Under the pieces are notes generated by a model, which ran no database searches, was not told the origin of the DNA, and saw nothing but the letters and a program-made list of their open reading frames with translations. 64,000 nucleotides of DNA. It comes from Dehalococcoidia bacterium (GTDB taxonomy: Bacteria > Chloroflexota > Dehalococcoidia > Lucifugimonadales > UBA3495). Made by a program: the position numbers and the translations under genes. The stretch is from the NCBI GenBank assembly GCA_963663945.1, contig OY760687.1, positions 2,639,918-2,703,917 on the forward strand, in the 5' to 3' direction. Below are positions 7,880 through 18,356 of this stretch, piece by piece (positions within the stretch are counted from its first letter, which is position 1; the number at the start of each line of letters is the position of its first letter).

Positions 7880-10276
7880 ATGAGCCAGTCTGAGTCCGAC
7901 CTGCTGAAACAAGAGAACGAGGTGCTGCGTGAACGTCTGGCGCGTTTGAGCGAGGCCAGCCTGCGCATCAACGAGCCTCTGGAGTTCGACGCCGTTCTAC
8001 AGGGAGTTCTGGACGCCGCCAGATCGTTGACCGATGCCTGTTACGGGGTAATGACGTTCCACGACGATGATGGAGAGCTTTCGAACTCCCTGTCGTCGGG
8101 GATGACCGCGGAGGAGGCGAGCGCGGTCTGGCAAATTCTGACGGCGCCCGGGATCTACGAGCGACTGGGCGGGATCGCGGGTCCGGTGCGACATCCCGAC
8201 ATGCTGGGACTGCTGAGCGAGATGGGTGTTCCCGGAATGCGCCTGCCCCTGCCGTCGGGGACAGTCTTCTCCTTCCTGGCGTCGCCATTGCTGCATCGAA
8301 ACCAGCGCCTGGGCAATATCTACCTGGCCGCAAAGCTGAGCCGCCCGGAGTTCACTCGGGAAGACGAGGAGAGCCTGGTGATGTTCACGTCTCAGGCGTC
8401 TCTGGTAATCGCCAACGCCAGGCGCTACCGGGACGAGCAGCGGGTGCGGGGCGACCTGGAGACACTGGTGGACACCGCGCCGGTGGGCGTGGTGGTATTG
8501 GACGCCAGGACGGGGACGCCGGTGTCCTTGAACCGGGAAGCCTCCCGAATCATCGGCCGCCTTCGCAGCTCTGACCAGTCAGTTGCGGAGCTTGCGGAGG
8601 TGATGACCTGGATACGCGCTGACGGTCAGGAGGTCTCGCTCAGGGATTTTCCCATTGCGGATCGACCTAAGGTAGGTGAGACGGTCCGTGCTGAGGAGAT
8701 CATGCTCCAGGTTCCCGACGGCCGCCGGATTACGGTACTGATCAGCGCTACGCCCATGCACTCGGCGGCCGGGGAGGTGGAGTCGATGGTGGTGACCCTC
8801 CAGGACATGACGCCGCTGGAGGAGATGGAGCGGCTGCGAGCGGATTTCCTGGGTATAGTGAGCCACGAATTGCGCACCCCTCTAGCGACCATCAAGGGTT
8901 CCACCACCACATTGCTCAGCGGCGCGTCGGACCTTGATCCCGCCGTGATGGCCCAGTTTCACCGCATCATGGACCAACAGGTTGACCACATGCAGGACCT
9001 GATCGGTGATCTCCTGGACGTGGCCCGCATAGAAGCGGGGGCGTTGTCAGTTGACCCGGCGCCGGTGGACCTGGCGGAGATAGTGGAAGAGGCGCGCAGC
9101 AGGTTCCTAGGGGCCGAGGGAAGCGAACGGCTGAGCATAAAGTTGGATCCGGAACTGCCGCTGGTGATGGCGGACCGCCGGCGCATTGTGCAAGTGCTGG
9201 GCAACCTGTTGACTAACGCGGTGCGGCACTCGCCGGATGGCTCGCCCGTCCGAGTTTCCGCCATACGGGATGTTTTCCACGTGGCGGTTTCAGTCTCCGA
9301 TCAGGGCCGCGGCATCCCTGCCGACATGTTGCCGCTCCTGTTTCGCAAGTTCTCCCAGGTTGACGGCGCAACACGGGACGGGGGTGTCAGCGGATCCGGC
9401 CTGGGCCTGGCGATCTGCAAAGGGATTGTGGAAGCTCACGGGGGCCGCATTTGGGCCGACAGTGAGGGTCGGGGACTCGGAGCGCGGTTCACATTCACCA
9501 TTCCGTCAGCGCAGGGCGCAGAGGATAGCGCGGCGACGGCTCTCGCGGCCCCGGTGCGAGCGCGTGGGCTATCGCGGGACAAGCTGCGGGTTCTGGCGGT
9601 GGACGACGACCCTCAGGCGCTCCGCTACGTTCGCGACGCCATCTCCAAGGCGGGATACGCCCCCGTCGTCACTGGAGACCCCGAAGACGTGCCGCGTCTC
9701 ATGGAGGAGGAGGAGCCGCACCTGGTACTCCTGGACCTCATGCTCCCCGGCAGCGATGGCATCGAGTTGATGACCGGCATCCTCAGGACTGCGGACGTGC
9801 CGGTGATCTTCGTGTCGGTGTACGGCCAGGAGGACGTGGTGGCCCGGGCTTTTGACATGGGGGCATCCGATTACGTGGTCAAGCCCTTCTCACCTACGGA
9901 GCTGGCGGCCAGGATCAGGGCGGCCCTGCGCCGGAGAGCCGGGCCCGATGTAGCTGAGCCTTCCGGCCCCTACGAATTGGGGGACTTGACCATCGATTAC
10001 GCCGGACGCCGAGTGTGGTTGACAGGGAGCCCGGTGGCACTGACGCCCACCGAGTACAGGTTGCTCTACGAGCTTTCGATCCACGCCGGCCGGGTGATGA
10101 CCCACGACCATCTGCTGCAACGGATCTGGGGTCCGGAGAGGATGGGCGAACCGTGGCTGGTCCGGGAGGTGGTGAAGCGGCTGCGAGGCAAGCTGGGTGA
10201 TGTCGCCGCCGACCCGAAGTATATCCTAACCGAGCCCCGGGTCGGCTATCGCATGCCCGCGGGAGACGCGGGATGA
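7880..10276 (+). CDS. Soluble hybrid kinase/regulator: GAF-PAS-HisKA-HATPase_c-REC-OmpR-type winged helix
   Basis: GAF (INEPLEFDAVLQGVLDAARSLT...GNIYL), PAS (VGVVVLDA), H-box SHELRTPL, NLLTNAV, GSGLGLAI, REC (LAVDDD, LVLLD, YVVKPF), C-terminal YILTEPRVGYRM. Confidence 0.92.
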   Translation: MSQSESDLLKQENEVLRERLARLSEASLRINEPLEFDAVLQGVLDAARSLTDACYGVMTFHDDDGELSNSLSSGMTAEEASAVWQILTAPGIYERLGGIAGPVRHPDMLGLLSEMGVPGMRLPLPSGTVFSFLASPLLHRNQRLGNIYLAAKLSRPEFTREDEESLVMFTSQASLVIANARRYRDEQRVRGDLETLVDTAPVGVVVLDARTGTPVSLNREASRIIGRLRSSDQSVAELAEVMTWIRADGQEVSLRDFPIADRPKVGETVRAEEIMLQVPDGRRITVLISATPMHSAAGEVESMVVTLQDMTPLEEMERLRADFLGIVSHELRTPLATIKGSTTTLLSGASDLDPAVMAQFHRIMDQQVDHMQDLIGDLLDVARIEAGALSVDPAPVDLAEIVEEARSRFLGAEGSERLSIKLDPELPLVMADRRRIVQVLGNLLTNAVRHSPDGSPVRVSAIRDVFHVAVSVSDQGRGIPADMLPLLFRKFSQVDGATRDGGVSGSGLGLAICKGIVEAHGGRIWADSEGRGLGARFTFTIPSAQGAEDSAATALAAPVRARGLSRDKLRVLAVDDDPQALRYVRDAISKAGYAPVVTGDPEDVPRLMEEEEPHLVLLDLMLPGSDGIELMTGILRTADVPVIFVSVYGQEDVVARAFDMGASDYVVKPFSPTELAARIRAALRRRAGPDVAEPSGPYELGDLTIDYAGRRVWLTGSPVALTPTEYRLLYELSIHAGRVMTHDHLLQRIWGPERMGEPWLVREVVKRLRGKLGDVAADPKYILTEPRVGYRMPAGDAG

Positions 10277-10390
10277 AAAAGCACGGGGTGACCATGCCGG
10301 ACAGTGAATTGGACTTCGGCATCGGCCCAGATCGCCGCACGGAATGAGGGACACAACACCCGCGCGCCGGGGTTGAGGCTGTGACGTCCC

Positions 10391-11800
10391 TCAATGATCC
10401 AGGGAGAGGCGAATAGTTGCGGTGGCGCCCTGACCAAGCCCGTCGCTGTCCACGGTGATTGTGCCCCCATGGGCTTCCACTATGGTTCTGGTGATGGCGA
10501 GTCCCAGGCCGCTTCCGTTTATCCCACGATTGCGGGACTGGTCGGTCCGGTAGAACCGTTCGAAAACGTGAGGCAGATCGGCGGAGTCGATGCCGATCCC
10601 GTCATCGGCGACCGAGATGACCAGGGCTTCGTCGCCGTCCCGCTCCGCGTGGATCGCAACCTTCCCCCCGGCCTCGGTGCAACGAAGGGCGTTGCTGATA
10701 ATGTTGCCAAGCGCCTGGTTCATCCGCATACGGTCCATGGTAAGGCGAGGGAGTTCACCGGTTACCTGGAGCGATAGTTCAATCTGCCCGGCCAGCGATT
10801 GCGGCTGCCAGCGGGCCACCTCCTCGGTGAGTAACTCGTGGACAGAAATGGTTTCGAGGGCGAGCCTCAACTCACCGTGGTCAGTCTCGGCAAGCCAGTT
10901 CAGGTCGGTAACGAGACCCCGCAGCCGGTCCACCTCCTGGATGATGTGGTCGGAGGCGTCGTCCGGCGTCTGCAGGCCGTCACGCAGTCCTCTGGCCTCC
11001 AGCTGTATCACGCTCAGGGGCGTGTTCAGCTCGTGGGCGACGTCGTTGATCAATCGGCGGCGGAGCTCACGCTGGGTCTCCAGTGCGGCGGTCATCCGGT
11101 TGAAGGCCTCGCTCATCGTGCCCAACTCGTCCGAGGACGTAACCGGAAGGGTGGCAGATTCCCCCTGGGCAATTGCCTGGGAGGCTTCCGTCAGCGCCGT
11201 CACGGGCGCGGTGATGCGTTTGGACAGCCAGACGGCTAGCACAATGGCGACACCGACCGTCAGCGCGCCACCGGTCAGGGTGATGAACAGGAGCGCGTTC
11301 AGGAACCCGTGGGACTCGGTGGACAGGAACTCGCGGTTCACGTCCACGTAGACGTGGCCCACTACCCGATTGGATGCCAGATGGAGCACATCCTCGCGGT
11401 GCCCGCCCAGAGGCGGCGGATCGGATCCGGGCGACAGCTGGGACAGATTGTCCTTCACCACGAGGCCGTCGGCCCCAATTACGACCACCCGCACCTGGTC
11501 GTGTTGACCGCCCTCGGAGTGTTCTCCTTCTGATTCCTCCGACCGTTCCCCCCGTGGAATACTGCCGGAGAGGTACCCCGCCTCCGACAACGTCATGTCC
11601 AACGTCGCCCAGCCGCCGGAATCCGTGTACTCTCTGCTCAGGTTACGGGCCAGCTGGGTCGCCCGGTCTCCGCCCACCTCTTCCACGAACACCCCCAGGC
11701 GGGTCTGCGTCGCGTAGTAGCCCACGCCCACGCTGGTCAATACCGTCAGCAGGACGACGAATACGATCGCCGCCATGATCCGCCAGCGCAGCGACATCAC
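10391..11800 (-). CDS. HAMP-domain sensor histidine kinase (BaeS-like)
   Basis: Two TM helices, HAMP (SSDELGTMSEAFNRM), H-box AHELNTPL, GSGLGLAI; His/Glu-rich extracytoplasmic segment ERSEESEGEHSEGGQHD. Confidence 0.92.
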   Translation of the reverse strand: MMSLRWRIMAAIVFVVLLTVLTSVGVGYYATQTRLGVFVEEVGGDRATQLARNLSREYTDSGGWATLDMTLSEAGYLSGSIPRGERSEESEGEHSEGGQHDQVRVVVIGADGLVVKDNLSQLSPGSDPPPLGGHREDVLHLASNRVVGHVYVDVNREFLSTESHGFLNALLFITLTGGALTVGVAIVLAVWLSKRITAPVTALTEASQAIAQGESATLPVTSSDELGTMSEAFNRMTAALETQRELRRRLINDVAHELNTPLSVIQLEARGLRDGLQTPDDASDHIIQEVDRLRGLVTDLNWLAETDHGELRLALETISVHELLTEEVARWQPQSLAGQIELSLQVTGELPRLTMDRMRMNQALGNIISNALRCTEAGGKVAIHAERDGDEALVISVADDGIGIDSADLPHVFERFYRTDQSRNRGINGSGLGLAITRTIVEAHGGTITVDSDGLGQGATATIRLSLDH

Positions 11801-12474
11801 TCATCCTCCACCACGAGCCTGTAGCCAGCGCCGTAAACGGTCTGGATGGGCTGTCTACCGCCCCGGTTGATCTGGCGACGCAGGCGCGCCACCTGGTTGT
11901 CGATGGCGCGGTCGAAACCTTCGAACTCGTCGTTGAAGGTGAGCGAGATCAGCTGGTCGCGGGTGAGCACCTGGTTGGGGTGGCGCATGAAGGTTGCCAG
12001 CAGTGCAATCTGCGCCTGGCTCAGGGGCACGGGTTCTTCATCGACCGTCACCGTACGGGTGGTCTCGTCCAGCGTGATGTTGCCGCAGGTCAGGACCTGC
12101 TGGACCTTGCCCTTGACGCGGCGCAGCACGGCGTGGGCGCGAGCGATGACCTCGTCCGGGTCGAAGGGCTTGACGATGTAATCGTCGGCTCCGCTGTCCA
12201 GCCCGCTGATGCGCTCGGTGTGGGCTTCCCTGGCGGTCAGCATGATGATGGGAACATCCGACTCCCGCCGCAGGATCCGGCACAACTCCACGCCGTCGAG
12301 GCGGGGCAGCATCAGGTCCAGGATCATCAGGTCAGGTTCCAACTCCCGAGCCAGGTTTAGGCCGGTTTCGCCGTCGTGGGCGACCTCGGCTGAAAACCCG
12401 GCGCGCTCAAAGTAAACCTTGACCCAGTTGGCGATCCGGGCGTCGTCCTCGACTATCAGTACGGTGCCATTCAT
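11797..12474 (-). CDS. OmpR-family response regulator
   Basis: VLIVEDD, LMILD, YIVKPF, IQTVYGAGYRL; RBS GGAGGA before the ATG at 12474; overlaps the kinase start. Confidence 0.93.
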   Translation of the reverse strand: MNGTVLIVEDDARIANWVKVYFERAGFSAEVAHDGETGLNLARELEPDLMILDLMLPRLDGVELCRILRRESDVPIIMLTAREAHTERISGLDSGADDYIVKPFDPDEVIARAHAVLRRVKGKVQQVLTCGNITLDETTRTVTVDEEPVPLSQAQIALLATFMRHPNQVLTRDQLISLTFNDEFEGFDRAIDNQVARLRRQINRGGRQPIQTVYGAGYRLVVEDE

Positions 12475-12613
12475 CAGCAATCCTCCGAATGAGGCTTGGC
12501 AGGGGACGCGGCATCTCCTGGGAGACACCGCGTCAAAGGTCTGGTTACATCCTGGGTGGTTTATCTTACTGTGCGACGCAAGACGAAATCTCCCATGGAA
12601 GTTTCCGGTGGTT

Positions 12614-14050
12614 CTACCCGCCGCCCCGCCTCTCGCCGCCCGAGCCGTGCTCACCGCTGGAACCATGCTCGCCACCGGACTGGCTGTTGCCGCCGGCCTC
12701 GCCGCCGCCCACCTCGGCGTGTGCCACCCATCCGATGAACGACGCCTGGGTGGCGGGCAGGTGGATCCCAATAACCTCTCCCGGAGCCAGGTCCACCGGA
12801 GTGGTGGGCCCAAGCTCGGTGCCATTGGAGAGATGCACCTCGATCCTGACCCGGTTCAAGTTGTTGCCGGTGGTGTTCTCGACGGTGCCGATGAACGCGT
12901 TACTGGGAGCGTCGTAGTTCAGGACCAACCGGGCTCCGCCCCGGACGGCGTCGAAGGTATCATCCAAGGCCAGTTGCGCCCCACTGCCTTCCTCGCCGCC
13001 CGATGCGCTGCTCTCACTGCCGGAGCCTTCGCCGCCGGGACCGTGCCCCTCGCCGCCGGCCCCCTCGCTACCGCCACCTTCGGAACCCTGTCCGCCAGCG
13101 TGGGGAACCGGGCCGGGGCCGCCGCAATCGAACACTTCCATGTGGACCACGTACCCGTCGAAGGCGACGCCAGCCAGGTTAGTTTCGCTGGAGACCGAGA
13201 TGCTGGACGTAGCCCGCTGTCCCGAGTTCAGGTCGCCCAACTGGTCGGGTCCGAGTTCTCCCACAGTCTGGCTTCCGGACTTCAGGTGAGGTTCGGCCTG
13301 AACGTAGCACAGGGTCTGGGACGTCGTGTTCTGCACCGTCGAGTGGACGGTCTGGGTGGCCGCATCGTAGCTGGCGGATATCGCCAGTCCACCGAGGACG
13401 CCGTTCCAGGTTTGGTCGAGGGGAGTGATGGGGCTGGACATGGCGGCTTCCATGGCTGCCTCGTTGCCGCCGCCGCTCTCCGGACCCTCGGGGCCGTCCG
13501 GGCCGCTTTCGCCGCCGGCCTGGCCGCCCTCGGCTCCGCTGCCCACCTCGGCGTGGGCGATCCAACCGGTGAAGGACGCCGACGTCGACGGCAAGTTCAC
13601 AGAGGCTGCCTCGCCTGGGGCCAGGTTTATCGGCGTGGTCGGCCCAAGCTCAGTGCCGTTGGACAGGTGAACCTCGATCCTGACCTGCCCCAGGGCGTTG
13701 CTGGTGGTGTTCTCCACCGTGCCCTGGAACGCGTTGCTGGCCGCGTCGTAGTTCAGAACCAACCGGGCTCCGCCCCGCACCGCGTCAAAGGTCGCATCGG
13801 GAGCCAGGGTGGCGCCGCTGCCCTCTTCGCTGCCGGAGCCGCCGCTTTCGCCGGCGCTTTCTCCGCCGGCGCCGTGTTCGCCGGGACTTTCACCTTGCGA
13901 GATCTCCTGCGTCGCGTTGGCCCCGCCGGAGTCGTGGCCTTCACCGATACCGGTGTCGTTGCCGCATCCCACCAGGACCGCCGCAGAGAGCATGACGGCC
14001 AGGACCGAGCCGAGCAGGAACGTCCTCGTCATCAACTTCTTGATCTTCAT
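12614..14050 (-). CDS. Lipoprotein with three homologous ~95-aa domains and Gly/Glu/His-rich linkers
   Basis: MKIKK + hydrophobic core + lipobox LVGC; RBS GAGGAGG. Domains 1 and 3 are near-identical (TFDAVRGGARLVLNYDA...EVHLSNGTELGPTTP...AHAEVG); domain 2 is diverged. Confidence 0.85.
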   Translation of the reverse strand: MKIKKLMTRTFLLGSVLAVMLSAAVLVGCGNDTGIGEGHDSGGANATQEISQGESPGEHGAGGESAGESGGSGSEEGSGATLAPDATFDAVRGGARLVLNYDAASNAFQGTVENTTSNALGQVRIEVHLSNGTELGPTTPINLAPGEAASVNLPSTSASFTGWIAHAEVGSGAEGGQAGGESGPDGPEGPESGGGNEAAMEAAMSSPITPLDQTWNGVLGGLAISASYDAATQTVHSTVQNTTSQTLCYVQAEPHLKSGSQTVGELGPDQLGDLNSGQRATSSISVSSETNLAGVAFDGYVVHMEVFDCGGPGPVPHAGGQGSEGGGSEGAGGEGHGPGGEGSGSESSASGGEEGSGAQLALDDTFDAVRGGARLVLNYDAPSNAFIGTVENTTGNNLNRVRIEVHLSNGTELGPTTPVDLAPGEVIGIHLPATQASFIGWVAHAEVGGGEAGGNSQSGGEHGSSGEHGSGGERRGGG

Positions 14051-14278
14051 CTTTTCGCCTCCTCGTGTGGGTAACCCACTCTTGATACCAACCAAGTTAG
14101 AGGCGAAATGTCGCAGAATTATGTCGTTGGCAGGCCCGGCTCACTGAAGGGAGACCCAGCAGGTGCCACAGTGAGCAGGAGATTCGTCCTTGTGGTGCCG
14201 GGGGTATGAATCGGCGTGCTTTCTTCGCAAATGACGGCCCAGATATCGCCGATCCAAGGCTCGTATCGCCCGGCGACA

Positions 14279-15778
14279 TCACCTGCGCAGCAAGGTTCCA
14301 ACGCAATGAACCTGCCTCTTTTGTGGGCAAGCAACGTATCGCGGTAGGGAGTCTAAACGAGACGGGTCTGGTCGGCGGCGACGTTGCCTCACGACCTTTC
14401 CGCGGGCCTGACAGACTTCCGGATTCGGAAACCACTCGAACACGGTGTCCGCTCTGCCCGGGACGCCCAGGTTTTGGATGCGGCGATCCTCAGAACGGAA
14501 TGTTTCAGGGCTGCTGAATGGACGTTCAGCGCTGATGCGGACCAGATACTCAGCGAAAGCGTCCTGTTCCGAGCCCGGGTCGGCAAAATCGACGGCTCCG
14601 GGATCTACCGCCTGCGGGCCATCTATGATCCCGTTACCGTTGGTGTCCGGGAAATCAGAGTTGGGAGCATTGAACTGTCCCCGTTCTCCCACCAGGTCCA
14701 CGCGCCCGGGCGTCGGCACAGGGAACGGGTAGCCGTCGCCGCCGTTGGCCAGGAAATTCAGAGTCACCATTTTGATTACACGGTCGGAGTCTCCCATCAG
14801 GACACCATCGACCACCACTCGGTCGACGATTGTACCGTCCTCCCCGATCACCGCCAGCGAGCGGATGCGCTGGCCGATTGGCGCTTCGGGATTGAAGCTG
14901 AAACGCACTCCGCCAACCTGCGGAAAGCGCCCTTCCTGTACCTCGCCCACTCCCTCGCATCCAACGCCGTGCTCCATGACAGAGACCAGCTGTGTCGCAG
15001 TTAGCGGAACTATGACCAGCCCGTTGTTGAAGCGCAGAGATCCCTCTATATCGAACTGGGAGATATCACCCGCGACCTTGCCAGTTGAAGGGTTGGCGGC
15101 TGAAGGGAGATATTGCACCCGCGAGGGATCCGTGGAACCCGGGGGCTGCACCACCAGGCCTATGTCATCACGTATGCCTCCGCCGTTCTTGAGCGATACC
15201 TGGACCTCCGGGTCGACCTGCCGGGCCAACCACAGGTTGGCATCGGTGATGAGGCTGCCGAGGTTGCTCTCCTCGGTTCGCACGGCGTTGCGGCGTCCGT
15301 CGAGGTACACGGCAGCGCGCCCCAGGATATTGCCGTCCCGGACGGAGATCACGTCTCGAAGAGCATGGGCGACGCGTGTCACCTCCGCTATGGGGGCGCC
15401 GGAGAATGCCTGGGCGCCCTGCGTATCGGTGGCGTAGGCTCCGCTGAAGTAGGGGTCAACCGATGCGGGGATGATGCGACCGGAGGCGTCGAAGTCCACC
15501 ACCAGCCTACCCAGGTACTTGTAGTCGCCGTCGGTATTCACCAGCAGCACCGGGACGCCACCAGGACTTTGGTAGATGAGAGGATAGGTGTCAGCGGAGG
15601 TATGGCCGGGCCGGAGTCGGTCGTTTTCGTCAGCTAACAGGGTATTGGAGCCGCCCCCGATGATGACATCCACGTTCTCCAGCCGTAACGCCAATGCCTG
15701 CTCGATGTCAAATCCTCCTTGCCAGCATATGCAGGTGTCGACGCGGGTCCACCAAGCCGCGCGGGACGGGCAAGCCAA
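14279..15778 (-). pseudogene. 5'-nucleotidase/metallophosphatase family fragment lacking its N-terminal part
   Basis: VDVIIGGGSNT, YLGRLVVDFD, RTEESNLGSLITDA, KNGGGIR, FPQVGG, NFLANGGDGYPF. The N-terminal metal-binding motifs are missing and the start is not credible. Confidence 0.75.
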
Positions 15779-15814
15779 AAGAAGAGGCGCTACGGCTAGT
15801 CTTGCCGTAGCGCC
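15777..15814 (-). terminator. Rho-independent terminator
   Basis: 11-bp stem GGCGCTACGGC/GCCGTAGCGCC followed on the minus strand by TCTTCTTTT, downstream of 15970-16212. Confidence 0.6.
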
Positions 15815-15969
15815 CAGATAAACTTGGTTATTTCTGGAAATTACACGGATGCCGATCCCATCGAGGGAGAAACTCGTCGGCCTGATAGGCTGGACCTGTG
15901 GCCATCAGGAACTATACCATCCGTCAGGAACGCTACCAGCCGCCCTTTGTCGACGCTGCCAGTGCCGAT

Positions 15970-16212
15970 TCACCGAGCCAGCGTCTCGCCCAACGGCGTG
16001 ATCTGGAAAGTACCGCCCTCACCCACAATCCACCCGTCCCGTTCCATATCGTGGAGTTCCCTAGCCACGGCCTGCTGTTCGTACCATTGATAGGTCACCC
16101 TCAGTGTGCCAACTTCCAGGACCCGTTGGTCATCGCGGTTGACGATCACGCCGCGTCGGTCACAGCCAGGTTCCATCGCCTTCTTGAGCAGCCACATCGC
16201 CCGCACGTCCAA
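15970..16212 (-). CDS. Small hypothetical protein, possibly winged-helix-like C-terminus
   Basis: 80 aa ending ARELHDMERDGWIVGEGGTFQITPLGETLAR, reminiscent of wHTH wings; followed by a terminator. Confidence 0.5.
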   Translation of the reverse strand: MDVRAMWLLKKAMEPGCDRRGVIVNRDDQRVLEVGTLRVTYQWYEQQAVARELHDMERDGWIVGEGGTFQITPLGETLAR

Positions 16213-16638
16213 GGTCTCTACCCCCCCACATTTACATCAGATCGAACGGCGGCATACCGCACCACCGGGCGGGAACCTTCGCAACTCCCAACGCTGAGGG
16301 AGCTGGTGTCCGAACGTTTGCGACCATCGAGGCAATTCTTCAGTGATTCCCAACACCCAAACGTGTGTGCGGGATGCCCTCGACTTGCGTAGTCCCCAGG
16401 CAACACCAGCCGACGGCGTACCGTGTTGCAAATGATTATTGGCGCATACTAAATCCATCGAATTCGTGACCAGTTAGCAACCCGTCTGGCGTTTGGTCCC
16501 GCCCTGCGGTTGCGGTGGGTAATGGAGCCAAAAGCCTGGAATCAAGCGTTGACCAGCTCCATTGGAGCAGCAGCAACCGACGCAATAGCCCGCTTTCTTG
16601 TTCAATTCGCCAACACGATGCTGCGGTGTCATCATACG

Positions 16639-17007
16639 TCAGTGCACGCCTGGTAGGGGTGAACCCGGAGGAGTCCGAAAAAACGGTATTAACGCTGTAT
16701 AACCCGTGCCGCCGCAGGACGGGCAGCGGAAAGCTTCACCGTCAGTGGCGAAAAACCAGCCGACAGTCGCCTCGTGGCAGTGGGGACACCGACCTTTCCA
16801 ACGAGAATATCCATCAGGCAGGTGTCTTACGCGAGCGAGGATCAGCGGACGGGCAGTATCCTGCTGCCAACCATGCGCTTTGGGTTCTGCAGGCACCGAC
16901 CTACGGCAACCTACACATGGGTCGTCAGGTTCACATTCCGCAGTATCCACCGGATTGCCGCAATGAGGACATGGAAAACGCCACACGGGAACGGGTAGAT
17001 CAGTCAT
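16639..17007 (-). CDS. Double zinc-ribbon protein (four CxxC motifs)
   Basis: RBS GGGGAG then MTDLPVPVWRFPCPHC...CVGC...CPHC...CPSC; 122 aa. Confidence 0.65.
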   Translation of the reverse strand: MTDLPVPVWRFPCPHCGNPVDTAECEPDDPCVGCRRSVPAEPKAHGWQQDTARPLILARVRHLPDGYSRWKGRCPHCHEATVGWFFATDGEAFRCPSCGGTGYTALIPFFRTPPGSPLPGVH

Positions 17008-17262
17008 GTGCCGCTCCCCCTTTTGGGGGTCCTCATCCTGCGTTGCGGACCCCCGAGGGCCATGTGTCGGAATCTGCGACTTCGCTTCGGCACCAGGTTC
17101 GCCGCGCCTTGCAGCGGCGTGCTCAACCCGCCGTCGCATCGACAAACGTCTCGCAGCATCCAGACCCAACGGAAGCCGTTGACCGCCCATCTTCGAAATG
17201 CCACTTCGTCTCCGCCCGCCGGAACAACCGAGCCCGAACCCATGCAATATACGTGAGATGCT

Positions 17263-17311
17263 ACAACAAATCGCATATGACCCAGATGTTTTCGTATCGT
17301 TTTGTCATATG
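17263..17311 (+). promoter_or_regulatory. Conserved non-coding element type 2, copy A
   Basis: ACAACAAATCGCA...ACCCAGATGTTTTCGTATCG resembles 37805-37849; also carries the inverted repeat CATATGAC...GTCATATG. Confidence 0.45.
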
Positions 17312-17387
17312 AAAATTTGTACAATCCAGCGCGCCGACAGCCCAGTGGCGTCCATCCACAGATAGCGGTGGGATCAAGGGGACGAGC

Positions 17388-18356
17388 ATAGTCCAGCCAG
17401 ATCAACGGGATCGTGAGATCGAAGCGCTCGAGGAACGCCTGTCGCGGCTGAGACAAGCGAACCCGAGCATCAATGAGAGCCTGGACTTCGACGCGGCGAT
17501 GGAGGGAGCTCTGGACTCTGCCCGTTTCCTCACGCGTGCGCGATACGGCGTGATGACCCTAATTGATGACGAGGGCCAGGTGCGGGACTTCCTGTCCTCG
17601 GAGATGACCGGCGAGGAAACGGAACAGGTGTGGATGATCCCGCAGAGATGACAGCTTTTCGAGTACCGGGGTTGTATCTCCGGGCCGCTGCGGATCCCAG
17701 ACCTGATGGATCAGGCCATATCAATGGGCCTTGCCGAATTCCGGCCGGCCCTGCCGGTCGGGCAGGCGGTCCCGTTTCTGGCGTCGCAGGTGTTCCACCG
17801 GGGTCAGCGGGTGGGCAACATTTTTCTGGCCGACAAGGACGGCGGCGAAGAGTTCACCCGGGCCGACGAAGAAAGTCTGGTGATGTTCGCATCCCCGGCG
17901 GCGCTGGTCATTGCCAACGCCCGCACGTACCGGGACGGTCAGCAGCCCCGAAACGATCTGGAGACCCTGGTGAACACCTCCCCAGTCGGCGTTGCCGCGT
18001 TCGACGCCCGGGCGGGGGCGCCGGCATCGTTGAACCGGGAGGCGATGCGCATCGTGGAGAGCCTGCGGGAACCTGAACAGTCGCATCAGGAACTGCTGGG
18101 GGCGGTGACCTGTGCGCGCGCCAATCGGCGCGCACTCTCGCTCTTGAATTTTCCCATGCCCGAGCTGTTGAGCGCCGGAGCAACCGTCCGATCCGAGGAG
18201 ATAGTCCTGCGCGTTCCCGACGGTCGGAGCGTGAACGTCCTCCTCAACGCAACCGCCATCCATTATAAAACCAGCGTGCCGGTTGGATTTATCGATAACC
18301 CCGCCCCACTCGAACGGGGACGCCGCTGCCAGTACTCATCACCGGCGTCGCGGTAA
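17388..18356 (+). pseudogene. Degraded, truncated paralog of the GAF-PAS hybrid kinase
   Basis: ATA in place of the start codon after RBS AAGGGGA. ERLSRLRQANPSINESLDFDA...RYGVMT, in-frame TGA near 17649, then GAF/PAS up to VLLNATAIH. Kinase, REC and wHTH domains are absent. Confidence 0.85.

Noticed and set aside
12419-14074. Long antisense ORFs (also 52366-55257 and many within 20.4-31.9 kb and 40.6-49.9 kb)
   Set aside because: Stop-poor reverse frames of GC-rich genes; no motifs of their own.
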